This document shows positions 1 to 9,462 of a DNA stretch of 64,000 bases, piece after piece. Below the pieces are notes generated by a model, which had not been told where the DNA came from, made no database searches, and saw only the letters and a program-made list of their open reading frames with translations. The stretch comes from Candidatus Iainarchaeum sp. Lineage in GTDB: Archaea; Iainarchaeota; Iainarchaeia; Iainarchaeales; UBA10191. The stretch covers positions 32,001-96,000 of the forward strand of contig JAUSFL010000008.1 of the NCBI GenBank assembly GCA_030649735.1. Direction: 5' to 3'. The first letter of the stretch is position 1, and the number at the start of each line of letters is the position of its first letter. Position numbers and translations under genes: made by a program.

Positions 1-59
1 TTAATTATTAGGAAAGGAAAAACTTTCTTTTTCGTGGTTTTTGGAGTTTGGTGGATTTA

Positions 60-545
60 ATGGCTAAGGTGAAGAATGAATTTCCTGAATCTGAGTTAGT
101 GCGCAGGACTTTCATGATTCGCGAAATGGACTTGCCGCCTCAAGTCCAGCTTACGCGGCGTTCAATGCTGCGCTGGTTTGCCTTGGCTTCTGGAATGATT
201 TCTGAAAAGGAATCCCGCTCCACAGTGCTTGAGGTTTTGGATGCTTTGTTTTACTTTCAATTCCAGAAAAAGCAGGATCCTACTGCTCAGGAAGTGATCA
301 AGTACATTAAGGAAAAGCACGGCAAGATTGTTTCTGAAAAGCTCTTGCGCTATCATTTGAACAGGTTGATTTTGCTTAATCTTTTGCAGAGGAAATCAAG
401 CCGTTATTTCTTCAATCCTTCCCCTTACGCGGAGCGCAAGGATTTGAAGGCTTCCTTTAATTATTGGATTCGCGAGCATTTGGAAAAGTCCTTGAAAGAC
501 TGTGAATTTGTGCTTGGAAAACTGCAGGATAATTACAGCAAGTGA
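60..545 (+). CDS. Hypothetical winged-HTH-like protein
   Basis: ATG at 60 after GGTGG; 'PTAQEVIKYI...SEKLLRYHLNRLILLNLLQRKSSRYF' resembles a wHTH. Confidence 0.6.
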   Translation: MAKVKNEFPESELVRRTFMIREMDLPPQVQLTRRSMLRWFALASGMISEKESRSTVLEVLDALFYFQFQKKQDPTAQEVIKYIKEKHGKIVSEKLLRYHLNRLILLNLLQRKSSRYFFNPSPYAERKDLKASFNYWIREHLEKSLKDCEFVLGKLQDNYSK

Positions 546-551
546 TGAAGA

Positions 552-926
552 ATGCCTGGTTTGGGAAGCGTTTTTTTAAGGCCTGGAAGAAAAATGCAGC
601 CAAAGCAGCCCCTGTTCAATAATAAGCCTAAAGCCTTGCCTGTTCAAAAGGCACGCGCGCCCGCGGCTGCAAGACCTATTTTGCGGGCTCGAATAAATTC
701 TCAAAAGCGCCGGCTTCTTTCGCGAGAAGAGCAAATCAGGAATTCTGCAGTTCGTGCTGAACGAGCCGCAATAATCCGCAGAGTTAATGTTCCGTTCGAG
801 CAAAGGCTTGCGAGAGTTGCTGCAGATGTTAAAGCAAGAAAATTGTCTTTTGATAATGGAGCTAAAATAATTGACAGGATTAATTTGCAGAGGGAAATTG
901 CATTGAGGAGATTGGGCTTGAAATGA
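552..926 (+). CDS. Arg/Lys-rich hypothetical protein
   Basis: 124-aa ORF filling the gap between the upstream gene and MEMO1; no family recognised. Confidence 0.6.
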   Translation: MPGLGSVFLRPGRKMQPKQPLFNNKPKALPVQKARAPAAARPILRARINSQKRRLLSREEQIRNSAVRAERAAIIRRVNVPFEQRLARVAADVKARKLSFDNGAKIIDRINLQREIALRRLGLK

Positions 927-927
927 C

Positions 928-1728
928 TTATTCCCAAACCACGCTTGCGTATCCTACAACGCTTGTTTTGTCTTTTGTGGCGCGCGCTGAAGTGTAATAA
1001 TCGAGCAGTTTGGCCTTTAACTTTTTTTCTTTGGCAAATTCTAAAAGCGCTGTAATGCCAGCGTATCCGCAGATTGAAAGGTCGTTTTCAAACACCAGGT
1101 CAAAAAAACCCTCAACACGATTATGTAGTATTTGTTCTATTGCTTCGTCGTCTTTTTTTTTCGCGCTTTCTTCAGTTTCAAAATGCGTGAAATCGCTGCT
1201 TGCAATAAGCCCAAAGTCGAATTGCTTATGCAGTTCGGCAAGTGCCTGCCCGAGCTTTTTTAAGACTTGCAGGTCTTGCCCTGCAATGCAAACAACCACT
1301 AGTTTGAAGTCTGTCCCGAATTTTTTTTGCAGTAAAATCAGCTGCATTTCTGCAGAATGCTCTTGCAAATGCGCTTTTTCGTCAGATTTGGCTTCAGGCA
1401 CTAATTCAATCAGCCTTTCCGCAAGTTCTTTGTTGATTTCGTTCATTCCTTGAATTGTTTGCCATTCGCCGGCTGGATAGATGCTTATTTTCTCTCCAAG
1501 GCCTGTGTGATTTGGACAGAGAATTATGTAGTTGCTGCTTTTTCTTAGGCTGTTAATGCTTTTTCCTGCAATTTCTCCGCTGTAAATCAGGCCCGCGTGC
1601 GCTGAAATGCAAGCTATTGCTTTTCCTTCTGTTTCTGGCTTTGGAATGTTTTTTGCCAGCTGCTTTTCCAGCAATGCTTTAGAATTAGGGTAAAACAGGC
1701 CTTGCACTGCAGGCTGTCTAATTGCCAT
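928..1728 (-). CDS. amrB: AmmeMemoRadiSam system protein B (MEMO1 family)
   Basis: IRQPAVQGLFYP, HAGLIYSG, PNHTG, EHSAEMQ, SSDFTH, SICG and VGYAS motifs; follows uS2 as in many archaea. Confidence 0.92.
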   Translation of the reverse strand: MAIRQPAVQGLFYPNSKALLEKQLAKNIPKPETEGKAIACISAHAGLIYSGEIAGKSINSLRKSSNYIILCPNHTGLGEKISIYPAGEWQTIQGMNEINKELAERLIELVPEAKSDEKAHLQEHSAEMQLILLQKKFGTDFKLVVVCIAGQDLQVLKKLGQALAELHKQFDFGLIASSDFTHFETEESAKKKDDEAIEQILHNRVEGFFDLVFENDLSICGYAGITALLEFAKEKKLKAKLLDYYTSARATKDKTSVVGYASVVWE

Positions 1729-1730
1729 TT

Positions 1731-2552
1731 TTACTCACCAGGCTTTGAGAATGACGGCCTTGGCCTGCTGCTAGAGCTGCCAAAGCTTCTTCCTCTTCCA
1801 AAGCGGCCTCTGCCAAACCTTGATTGTTTTGCCTCGGCTGCTTCCTGCTCTGCCTTGATGTCGTCTTCAGTAAGCTTGTATTCAAAGTCTTCGATCTTTT
1901 TGTCGAATTGCTCGTCTTTGGTTATCAATTCTTTTGCCTTCAAAACTTCCCTGGCCAAAAGCCAGTAAACTAGCGCAAGGCTTTTTCTTCCCTTGTTGTT
2001 TGCAGGAACAACCAGGTCAATGTTTTTTGTTGAATTGTTTGTTGAGCAGATTCCAATGACTATAGCCTTGGTCCTGCCTGCTTCGCTGATTGATTGGCTG
2101 TCGCTTTCAGGCTCTGTTGCAATTATCAATCGCGGCTCGAAAAAATCAGTGTGGTTTGCGTTAGTGAAAGTGCCTGGAACAAACCTGCTTGTGAAAGCCC
2201 TTGCGCCAATGGCTTCAGCGAATCTTTCGCTCGGGGTTTTTCCATAAAGCCTTCTTGCAACAACCGCAATCTTTTCTGCGGGAATTCTTGCAATGAATTG
2301 TGCGGCAATCCTGATTCTCTCGTCAAGCGTTTGGACGTCAAGGACGCTTAGTCCGTCAGGGCGCATTTTGTAAATGTATTTTTTCATGTCGCCTGACTTG
2401 AAGCGCGTTCCGATATGAGCTCCGCTTTTCAGGTACTTGTCTGCCCCAACCAATAGGTTTTGGCCGGCAATTTGCAATTGCTCTTCAATGATTACTTCTT
2501 TTTCCTGCGGGATTTCTGTGTCTTTTTTCATCAAACTGTTCACCAAACTCAA
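1731..2552 (-). CDS. rps2: 30S ribosomal protein uS2
   Basis: [34 protein letters not shown]. Confidence 0.97.
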   Translation of the reverse strand: MSLVNSLMKKDTEIPQEKEVIIEEQLQIAGQNLLVGADKYLKSGAHIGTRFKSGDMKKYIYKMRPDGLSVLDVQTLDERIRIAAQFIARIPAEKIAVVARRLYGKTPSERFAEAIGARAFTSRFVPGTFTNANHTDFFEPRLIIATEPESDSQSISEAGRTKAIVIGICSTNNSTKNIDLVVPANNKGRKSLALVYWLLAREVLKAKELITKDEQFDKKIEDFEYKLTEDDIKAEQEAAEAKQSRFGRGRFGRGRSFGSSSSRPRPSFSKPGE

Positions 2553-2746
2553 ATTTTGTATTTCATTATATCGTCGATTGCTTCAACATGGCTGAAGATT
2601 GTCCTTCTGCAGCAGTAGCGCGTTATTCCCAAGTCGTCAAGCACTTTTTCAGGCTTTTCCTTGTTGTTTTGGGTTCTTTTCACGTATTCTTCGAAAACTT
2701 CAGAAACAAGTTTTCCGCAACTAAAGCACCTTACTGGAATAATCAT
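2549..2746 (-). CDS. rpoN: RNA polymerase subunit Rpo10 (N)
   Basis: [11 protein letters not shown]...RYCCRR; ATG at 2746 after AGGTGA. Confidence 0.97.
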   Translation of the reverse strand: MIIPVRCFSCGKLVSEVFEEYVKRTQNNKEKPEKVLDDLGITRYCCRRTIFSHVEAIDDIMKYKI

Positions 2747-2771
2747 ATTCTCTTTCACCTTCTTTTTTCAG

Positions 2772-3203
2772 TCATCTGAAAGACAGTTGTTTTTTTGCGC
2801 GGGCTCCTCTTCCCAGCGGTTTTTTTGATTCTTTTCTTCTTGCATCGTCAACAAGCAAGTTTCGGTCATACTTTAAGAGTTTTTCCTTGAGTTTTTTTTC
2901 CCCGTAATAATTCACTAGAGCTTTTGCGATTGCAGTTCTGGCTGAAAGCGCTTGCGCCATTGCGCCGCCGCCTTGAATGTTGATGTCAATGTCGACTTCA
3001 GCGTTTAATGGCTCTATTATTTCCAATGGCTCATTGATTAATTCTCGAATGTACCTGCTTCCGTAAACATTCAAGTTCATCCTGTTGATTCGGATTGTTC
3101 CTTTTCCTTTCCGTATTACAGCGCGTGCGATTGCTGTCTTTTTCTTTGACTTTGATGTAATGCCTTTGGCTTTTTTCTTTTTCTTAGCAACTTCTGCAGT
3201 CAT
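2772..3203 (-). CDS. rps9: 30S ribosomal protein uS9
   Basis: KKTAIARA, GGG..QA, YDRNLLVDD, ARAKKQLSFR. Confidence 0.96.
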   Translation of the reverse strand: MTAEVAKKKKKAKGITSKSKKKTAIARAVIRKGKGTIRINRMNLNVYGSRYIRELINEPLEIIEPLNAEVDIDINIQGGGAMAQALSARTAIAKALVNYYGEKKLKEKLLKYDRNLLVDDARRKESKKPLGRGARAKKQLSFR

Positions 3204-3213
3204 GTTTGATCAC

Positions 3214-3639
3214 TTAAAATTTTGCCCCTTGAATTCTGGAGATTTCCCCAATTGTCATTGATTTTTTGAAATTGTCTTTTTTTGCGTTCTCGATTGTTTC
3301 TGCCTTTTCGTTTTTTAGCGCTGCCGGAACTCCGACCCAAACGCGAAGGTTTCCGAAGGCTTTTCTTCCGCGAGTGCTGTATTTTGGAAGCATGTTCCTT
3401 ACTGCAGAGCGAATCATGCGGTCTGGCATTCTGGAAATGTGCGGGCCTTTTGTTGGATTGCTTTTTGGCGCCCTTGCGAGCTTTACGCGGACTTTTTCAA
3501 GAATGAATGGCTTGCTGCCTGACATTACTGCCTTTTCTGCATTGACTATTTCGACTTTTTCCCCGGAAAGGAGCGTTTTTGCGACTTTGCTTGCCATTCT
3601 TCCAAGGACAAGCCCTTCTGCATTGATTATTATTGCCAT
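3214..3639 (-). CDS. rpl13: 50S ribosomal protein uL13
   Basis: VLGRMASKVAK, VNAEKAV, RNMLP. Confidence 0.96.
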   Translation of the reverse strand: MAIIINAEGLVLGRMASKVAKTLLSGEKVEIVNAEKAVMSGSKPFILEKVRVKLARAPKSNPTKGPHISRMPDRMIRSAVRNMLPKYSTRGRKAFGNLRVWVGVPAALKNEKAETIENAKKDNFKKSMTIGEISRIQGAKF

Positions 3640-3657
3640 TTTTTCATCAACTCAATT

Positions 3658-4026
3658 TTATGCCGTAATCATTAATTTTGAAGCCGTGAATTTTTTTCCA
3701 AGGGCTTCTTTCAAGAGCATTGCGCTTCCTTTTTTTTCTTCGATTGCTTTTTTTGCGCTTGCCGAATAGCTTAATGCAATTACTTCGAGCTTTGCCTCGA
3801 TTTTTTTGTTTCCCAAAACTTTTCCCGGAACAACCATTGTTTTTTCAGGGAATTTTCCGCTCAAGAACTCAAGCTTTGAAGCGTTGACGTTAATCCTTTG
3901 CCTTGTTGGAAGCGCGATTTTGTCTGCGACTGCCTTCCAGACTGCCTGCTTTTCAGCTTTTGCCTTTTTTTTAAGCTTGTCTATGAGCATTTTGGTGCTT
4001 TGCTTTGTTGGTCCTGTTCTCTTCAT
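3658..4026 (-). CDS. rpl18e: 50S ribosomal protein eL18
   Basis: MKRTGPT, VVPGKVLG, SASAKKAI; operon position. Confidence 0.95.
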   Translation of the reverse strand: MKRTGPTKQSTKMLIDKLKKKAKAEKQAVWKAVADKIALPTRQRINVNASKLEFLSGKFPEKTMVVPGKVLGNKKIEAKLEVIALSYSASAKKAIEEKKGSAMLLKEALGKKFTASKLMITA

Positions 4027-4069
4027 TTCATTTCACTTTTTTTTGGCTGGTAATTTTGTAAGCGAGTTT

Positions 4070-4182
4070 TGCAGGGGAAGGGATTTGAACCCTTGAAGGC
4101 ACTAAGCCACAGGATCGCTAACCCATTTTTGTTCCCTTATAGGGCTTAAGTCCTGCCCCTTTGGCCGCTCGGGAACCCCTGC
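4070..4182 (-). tRNA. tRNA-Leu(UAA) with 29-nt intron at 37/38 (4116-4144)
   Basis: Acceptor GCAGGGG/CCCCTGC, anticodon stem CAGGA/TCCTG, loop CT-TAA-G|intron|A, long variable arm, GTTCAAATC T-loop; CCA not encoded. Confidence 0.95.
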
Positions 4183-4204
4183 AAGTATAATATTTTTCGA
4201 ACGT

Positions 4205-4214
4205 GCTTTTTATA
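4205..4214 (-). promoter_or_regulatory. Putative TATA box for tRNA-Leu/eL18 transcript
   Basis: TTATAAAA on the minus strand ~25 nt upstream of the tRNA 5' end. Confidence 0.55.
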
Positions 4215-4237
4215 ACACCCTTGTTTTTTTCTCCCAA

Positions 4238-4999
4238 TCATTCCTTTAATGAATTAATGCTTTTTTTGAATTCCGAAACTTTTTCTTTCAATGCCTCAAT
4301 TGCGTGGAGCGCGACTTCTTCGCTGTCTGATTGCCCGTGGCTTTCAATGAAGAACACAAAGTTTTCAGGGTCTGTTTCCAGCTTGATGTGGCCTTTGTCG
4401 CAGTAGTTTACGCAGGCCTTGCATGCATTGCACTTTAAGGCGTCTGTAATCACGATTTTTTTTGCCTTGACTTCCAGGATGTTTTTTGGGCAGTGCTTTA
4501 CGCAGTCTTCGCAGGCATTGCATTCTTTGTCCACTGTTATAGTGTGGGTGTTCCTGTAGCCTACTATTGCAGGCTGCCATTTTGAGTGCTCTTTGCCAGT
4601 GCTTATTGTCGCAATCAATTCCATTTTCACTCTTTGCCCCTTGTTTAATTTCACGAGCGGGACTTTTTTGCCTATGATTTCGACTGAAGGGTCTGCGCTT
4701 TTGATGTCTTTTCCATAGACTGTGCAAGGGCCTTCCTTGTCTAGAGTGAATTTTGCTGTTTCGTTCTTTTTGTAGTCTTTCAAGTCTGCCTTGATTGGAA
4801 TCATTCCAATCCTGTGCGCGAGAAATTCGTCAAACATTACTGAATTGTTTTCAAAGAAAGTGACTTCTTCGATTGCAAGTGTTGGAACTTCAAGCATTAT
4901 TGCTCTCCTGAAAGAGTTCATTAATTCCGGAGTTGCCCCCTTGATTAGGAGTTTTAGCAAATTTCCTTTCTTTTCCAATTGTTTGACTTCAAGATTCAT
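4238..4999 (-). CDS. rpoD: RNA polymerase subunit Rpo3 (D) with Fe-S/ferredoxin-like domain
   Basis: NSFRRAIMLEVPTLAIE, DEFLAHRIGMIP, GKEHSKWQP; CxxCxxCxxxC twice. Confidence 0.97.
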   Translation of the reverse strand: MNLEVKQLEKKGNLLKLLIKGATPELMNSFRRAIMLEVPTLAIEEVTFFENNSVMFDEFLAHRIGMIPIKADLKDYKKNETAKFTLDKEGPCTVYGKDIKSADPSVEIIGKKVPLVKLNKGQRVKMELIATISTGKEHSKWQPAIVGYRNTHTITVDKECNACEDCVKHCPKNILEVKAKKIVITDALKCNACKACVNYCDKGHIKLETDPENFVFFIESHGQSDSEEVALHAIEALKEKVSEFKKSINSLKE

Positions 5000-5017
5000 G
5001 CATTTTCTCTCCTTTGA

Positions 5018-5404
5018 TTAATGTTTTTTGCCCCTGTCTCTTTTTCTTTTCCTGCAGCCGTCGTGCGGAACTGGAGTCACGTTTTCTATTGTCCTGATTC
5101 TCATTCCCATTCTTGTAAGCATTCTGATTGCGGCTTCAGCCCCTGGTCCAGGGCTTTTTGACCTTAAGCCTCCTTGGCCTCTTACGCGCACTTCAACTTC
5201 TGAAATTCCTTTTTCGCGGGCTTTTTGCGCGACTACTTCCGCGACTTTCATTGCGGCGTAAGGCGAGGCTTCCTTGTGCTGTGCCTTGACCACGATTCCG
5301 CCAGAGCATTTTGCTATTGTTTCAGCGCCTGTAATGTCTGTGAGCAGAATGATTGTGTCATTGTGCGAGGCGTAAATGTGGATTATCCCGTTCTTTGAAG
5401 CCAT
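5018..5404 (-). CDS. rps11: 30S ribosomal protein uS11
   Basis: TDITGAET, SPYAAM, PGPGAEAAIR, TPVPHDGCR. Confidence 0.97.
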   Translation of the reverse strand: MASKNGIIHIYASHNDTIILLTDITGAETIAKCSGGIVVKAQHKEASPYAAMKVAEVVAQKAREKGISEVEVRVRGQGGLRSKSPGPGAEAAIRMLTRMGMRIRTIENVTPVPHDGCRKRKRDRGKKH

Positions 5405-6006
5405 TACTTTTCACCTTCTGCTTTTTCTTCAATTACTTTTTCTATAGCTTCTTCAGTCGCTGCTGATTCTTCAAAGTCTTTCTTCAAGTCTTTTTTTCCT
5501 TTCTTTTCCTGTTCTGGAGTCAATAGCTTCATTGGCTCTTTATAGTATGCCACTGTTGATTCCAGGTCTTTTGGAATGATGTATCCCGGAGTTGAGGCCT
5601 TTTTTCCGTTGACTGAAATTTTGCCGTGCGTTATGAATTGCCTGGCTTGCTTTGCAGTCAGTGAAAGGTTTTTCCTCATGACTATTGTCTGCAGCCTTCT
5701 TTCAAGCAAGGATTCAATCTTTAATCCCAGAATGTCATCGATTGTCGCGTTTGTTTTCAAAAGCCCTATTCTTGCAAGGCTGTTGATTAATTCTTTTTCG
5801 CGCTTTGCCCTTTCTTCAATGCTTAATGCCAGCATTTTCCTGGCATTCTGCCTCTTTTGGCGCAAAAATGTTTCTGCCTTCCAGATTTCACGCATGTTTT
5901 TCAGGCCGTAAGTGGCTTTTAATTTTCTGTCTTTCCCAAGCCTTTCCAAGTCCCAGACTTTTCTTGGCTTTTCGAAAGTTTTTCTTCTCTTTTTAGGGTC
6001 TCCCAT
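5404..6006 (-). CDS. rps4: 30S ribosomal protein uS4
   Basis: MGDPK, YGLKNMREIW, LERRLQT, ARQFITHG. Confidence 0.97.
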   Translation of the reverse strand: MGDPKKRRKTFEKPRKVWDLERLGKDRKLKATYGLKNMREIWKAETFLRQKRQNARKMLALSIEERAKREKELINSLARIGLLKTNATIDDILGLKIESLLERRLQTIVMRKNLSLTAKQARQFITHGKISVNGKKASTPGYIIPKDLESTVAYYKEPMKLLTPEQEKKGKKDLKKDFEESAATEEAIEKVIEEKAEGEK

Positions 6007-6021
6007 TCAAATTACACCTTT

Positions 6022-6546
6022 TTATTTTTTCTTCTCTTCTTTTGCGCCTGCTGCCGGCTTGGCTGGGCCTGCCGCGGTTTTTGCGTCTTTCTTCATTACT
6101 CCGACAGTTGCTCCGCGCTTTCTGAAAGAGCTTCTGGTTCTTTGTCCCCTGACTGGAAGCCCGTACATGTGCCTTACTCCGCGGTATGATTTTATGCGTT
6201 TCATTCTTTCAAGGTCTTTTCTCAAGTCAAAGTCGAGGTCAACCATTACGTGATGAATGTCAGTTCCTGTTTCAATGTCTTTTTGGCGGTTGAATGTCCA
6301 TTTTGGAATCCCGAATTTTTGCGGGCTTTGTATGATTTCTTCAAGCTTTGAGTCCATGTTTTCCTGCAGGTTTCCCAATTGCATGTCAAATGGCACTTTG
6401 GTGTTTTTTTCGAAAACATATGCTATGCTTCTTGCCATCCTGTGGCTTATTCCCTTTATTTTCATCAAGGCCCTGTAGATTGGAAGCCTTCCGTCAAGGT
6501 CTTTGTTGACTATTCTTACAATCAGCCTTAGTTCCTGCTCTTGCAT
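6022..6546 (-). CDS. rps13: 30S ribosomal protein uS13
   Basis: SYRGVRHMYGLPVRGQRTRS. Confidence 0.97.
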   Translation of the reverse strand: MQEQELRLIVRIVNKDLDGRLPIYRALMKIKGISHRMARSIAYVFEKNTKVPFDMQLGNLQENMDSKLEEIIQSPQKFGIPKWTFNRQKDIETGTDIHHVMVDLDFDLRKDLERMKRIKSYRGVRHMYGLPVRGQRTRSSFRKRGATVGVMKKDAKTAAGPAKPAAGAKEEKKK

Positions 6547-6547
6547 T

Positions 6548-6775
6548 TTACATTCCTTCCTTTAGTGCTTTTGTTATTTCTTCCCTTGAAGCATTCCTCA
6601 ACTCAACTTTGGATGCCGTGGGAAACAAGTGCCTTGCGTTGCATTTTTTCTTTTTGACTGTTATGCCTTCAATTGTCGGCTGTCCTTTTGCATCGACTTG
6701 TATGACTATTACTTTTTGGCCTGCATTGCGGCCTGTCCTTAAAACGCAAATTCTTCCTTCTTCAATCAATGCCAT
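6548..6775 (-). CDS. rpl14e: 50S ribosomal protein eL14
   Basis: EGRICVLRTGRNAGQKVIV, KKCNARHLFP. Confidence 0.93.
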   Translation of the reverse strand: MALIEEGRICVLRTGRNAGQKVIVIQVDAKGQPTIEGITVKKKKCNARHLFPTASKVELRNASREEITKALKEGM

Positions 6776-6789
6776 AATTTCACCGTTTT

Positions 6790-7260
6790 TTATTTTTGGA
6801 TTTTTTCAAGGAATTTTTCAATGAGGTTTATTGTTGAATTTTCGTCAAGCCTGTCAATGTTCAGCATCAGGTCCAGCTCTTCTGGAACAAATGCTTCTGT
6901 CCCAAAGATTGTCTTGGCGCTTTTTTCAAGGCTTTGCTGTTCTTCTTCAATCAGTTCCAGCGCTGAAGCGACAGGGATTTTTTCAAGCTCTGCAATGCTT
7001 TTTGCGCGGCTTCTTTTGGCGGAGTTCAAGAACACTTTGACTGATTTTTGAACCTGCTTTCCTGCAATCATGCTGTCTGTGACGAATTTTCCTTTTTTTT
7101 CCTCCTCTTGGATCCTTTGCTTTAATTCTTCCCATCCTTTTTCTTTCATTATTTTTTCAGCGTCTTCCTTTCCAAAATGCCTCAGCCCAAACCTTAATGC
7201 AATTGTCTTGCACAATTTTTTGGTCTGTGTGCCTGGAAATGCTGTTATGATAAGAATCAT
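6790..7260 (-). CDS. Cytidylate kinase-like protein, degenerate P-loop
   Basis: Occupies the cmk slot between eL34 and eL14; overall pattern Cmk-like but Walker A reads AFPGTQTK. Confidence 0.7.
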   Translation of the reverse strand: MILIITAFPGTQTKKLCKTIALRFGLRHFGKEDAEKIMKEKGWEELKQRIQEEEKKGKFVTDSMIAGKQVQKSVKVFLNSAKRSRAKSIAELEKIPVASALELIEEEQQSLEKSAKTIFGTEAFVPEELDLMLNIDRLDENSTINLIEKFLEKIQK

Positions 7261-7275
7261 TTCAAACCTCGGTTT

Positions 7276-7611
7276 TCACTTCATTTTCTTCATTGTCTGG
7301 TTCACGAATTTTTTGAGGCTTAAGTCAACGTTTTGGATGTTTTTTGAGTTTTGCTTTACCATTATTGCCTCGTCAATGACTTTGCGCCTGCATCTAGAGC
7401 AGAGCTTTCCGCCGAAAATCGCGCTTGGCCTTTTTTCTGTCTTGCTCATGGCTGCGAGCATTGCCTTGCTTTTTCCGTGCGGCACTCCATGCAATTGCTT
7501 CTTGCATAGGATGCATGTCCTTTTTTTTGTTTTCTTGACTTGCTGGCCGACTCGCACCTTTCCTGAAATTGTCCGAAAGAACTTTTTTCTCTTCATTTTT
7601 GCGCTTGCCAT
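7276..7611 (-). CDS. rpl34e: 50S ribosomal protein eL34
   Basis: CILCKKQLHGVP, KTEKRPS..GGKLCSRC. Confidence 0.93.
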   Translation of the reverse strand: MASAKMKRKKFFRTISGKVRVGQQVKKTKKRTCILCKKQLHGVPHGKSKAMLAAMSKTEKRPSAIFGGKLCSRCRRKVIDEAIMVKQNSKNIQNVDLSLKKFVNQTMKKMK

Positions 7612-7612
7612 T

Positions 7613-8080
7613 TCAAATCATTCCTTTTTCTTCCAATTTTCCTATAATAAAATTCAATGCCAGTGAAATAATTGCTCCTGAAACAAAGTATAGCTTTAAC
7701 CAGCCCCATTTTGCGCCGAGCAGTGGAATGTCCCAAGGCAAATGGACCAAGTAACCTGAATCTCCGTAATAAATCCTTATTAGCGTGAATGGCGGCAAGA
7801 ATATTATCAGGCTGATAATCATTTGTTTCGGAAGGTTTTTGAACTGTTCTCCCATGTCCGCCATTACCTGCTTTTGCAGTTCTTCGGCTTCTTTTTTCGA
7901 GTGTTCATCGCCTTTTTTCATCAGCTCCATTGCTTTCTTGTTTTTTTCCTGAATGCTCCTTTGCAATTGCCTTGTTTTTTTCCAGTTGAGGAATTTTATC
8001 TGCACAATGATTGAAACTGCCCCTAATATTGCCGCAAACATGATTATGTCAATTGTTGGGCTGATTATTTGAAAGCTCAA
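7613..8080 (-). CDS. DUF106 / EMC3-TMCO1 (Oxa1 superfamily) membrane protein
   Basis: TM, coiled coil, two TMs, WGWLKLYF; canonical position after secY. Confidence 0.85.
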   Translation of the reverse strand: MSFQIISPTIDIIMFAAILGAVSIIVQIKFLNWKKTRQLQRSIQEKNKKAMELMKKGDEHSKKEAEELQKQVMADMGEQFKNLPKQMIISLIIFLPPFTLIRIYYGDSGYLVHLPWDIPLLGAKWGWLKLYFVSGAIISLALNFIIGKLEEKGMI

Positions 8081-8093
8081 TCATTCACCTTTT

Positions 8094-9461
8094 TTATTTC
8101 CCCAAAAATCCCCGCAATAGAGGGTTCATTTCTGCAACCTGCTCTTTTGCTACTTCTTCGTAAAGCCTGTAAACTATTCCGACAGTGAGCAGTATTCCGG
8201 TTCCTGAAACCAGCGCTCCGGTAATTATGTCCGCAAAGCCTGCAAGAAGCCCGACAATTATTGATCCTAGTATTGTAATTGGGGGAATGTACCTGTTCAG
8301 TACTCCTTCAATGATTCTTGGATCGCGCCGAAATCCAGGAATGTACATTCCTGACTTTTGCAATTGGTTGGAAACATTTTCAGTGCTTTGGCCGCCGAGT
8401 TCCACCCAGAATTTTCCAAAAATAACGCATAGTACGACCAGCACTGAAATAAACACTGCGGCGTGCAATACTTCAAACAGCACTTTTTGGCTTGGCCCTA
8501 AAATGAGCAGTGCTTCAAGAATGCTGTAGCTGTCAACGCGCGGCACGCTAGTCATCCAGCTAATGCCGCCCACAATTGTCCCAAGTATTCCTGCCTTTAT
8601 GATTGATGCCATTATTTGAATGTTTGCAAAGAGAGCGCCGGCTAGGATGACTGGCATATTGCTTACGTAAAGCAGTTTCACTGGATACCTGCCCCCAAAT
8701 CCCTTGGGGCCCATGGCTATTGGAATGTTAACGTGCATTCCTTCCGCGAAAGTGACTGCAACAAATATTAGTATTGCAAACACTATGGGAATTATCAGCG
8801 TCAATGCAATAATGACTTTTCCTGAAACAATGTTTTCGAAAATTTGCCAAAGCATTGCCCTTGCTCCCGGAATTGGCGGAGAGAACACTTGCCAGAAGAA
8901 TCCTTGCGCGACTCCTGCCGCAATGAACAGGCCGACTCCGGACCCTATTCCGTACTTGCTTACTATTTCATCCATGTACATTACAATGATTGCGCCAATC
9001 ACGATTTGCGCGAAAACTATCAAAAACATGCCGTCGTTTGGGGTTATGAGGCTTGGAACTATTCCAAATCCAGTGTATGCTCCTGCTTCAAAGAATGCGA
9101 CAACAATTGTCAATACTTTTTGAATGCTTGAAAATTTTGCCCTTTGCTTTGGGTCTGTCAAGTCCATTTTGACAAAGCCGCCGCCGACAAGCAATTGCAA
9201 AACAATTGACGCAAGCACTATTGGCCCAATTCCCAAAGTCATTATTGTTCCCATATGGCTTGCGAGCAGGTCTTGGTAGATTCGCAGCTGCTCGAAGCTT
9301 CCTGACTGTATTCCGATGACTGGGATTGCCCCTAAAATGTAAAACAAAACCAGGATTGCGGCTGTCCAAAGAAGCCTTTTCTTGAAGCTTTGCTTTTGCT
9401 CTGGAGTCTTGACTTCTGGAATGAATCTTGAAAGAGATTCTATTGCGTCCAAAATTCCCAT
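8094..9461 (-). CDS. secY: Preprotein translocase SecY
   Basis: LGIGPIV, GIGSGVGLFI, YVSNMPVI, IPGFRRD, GTGILL. Confidence 0.98.
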   Translation of the reverse strand: MGILDAIESLSRFIPEVKTPEQKQSFKKRLLWTAAILVLFYILGAIPVIGIQSGSFEQLRIYQDLLASHMGTIMTLGIGPIVLASIVLQLLVGGGFVKMDLTDPKQRAKFSSIQKVLTIVVAFFEAGAYTGFGIVPSLITPNDGMFLIVFAQIVIGAIIVMYMDEIVSKYGIGSGVGLFIAAGVAQGFFWQVFSPPIPGARAMLWQIFENIVSGKVIIALTLIIPIVFAILIFVAVTFAEGMHVNIPIAMGPKGFGGRYPVKLLYVSNMPVILAGALFANIQIMASIIKAGILGTIVGGISWMTSVPRVDSYSILEALLILGPSQKVLFEVLHAAVFISVLVVLCVIFGKFWVELGGQSTENVSNQLQKSGMYIPGFRRDPRIIEGVLNRYIPPITILGSIIVGLLAGFADIITGALVSGTGILLTVGIVYRLYEEVAKEQVAEMNPLLRGFLGK

Positions 9462-9462
9462 T

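Noticed and set aside
4380-4530. Ferredoxin-like Cys motifs in rpoD
   Set aside because: Known Fe-S domain of many archaeal Rpo3 subunits
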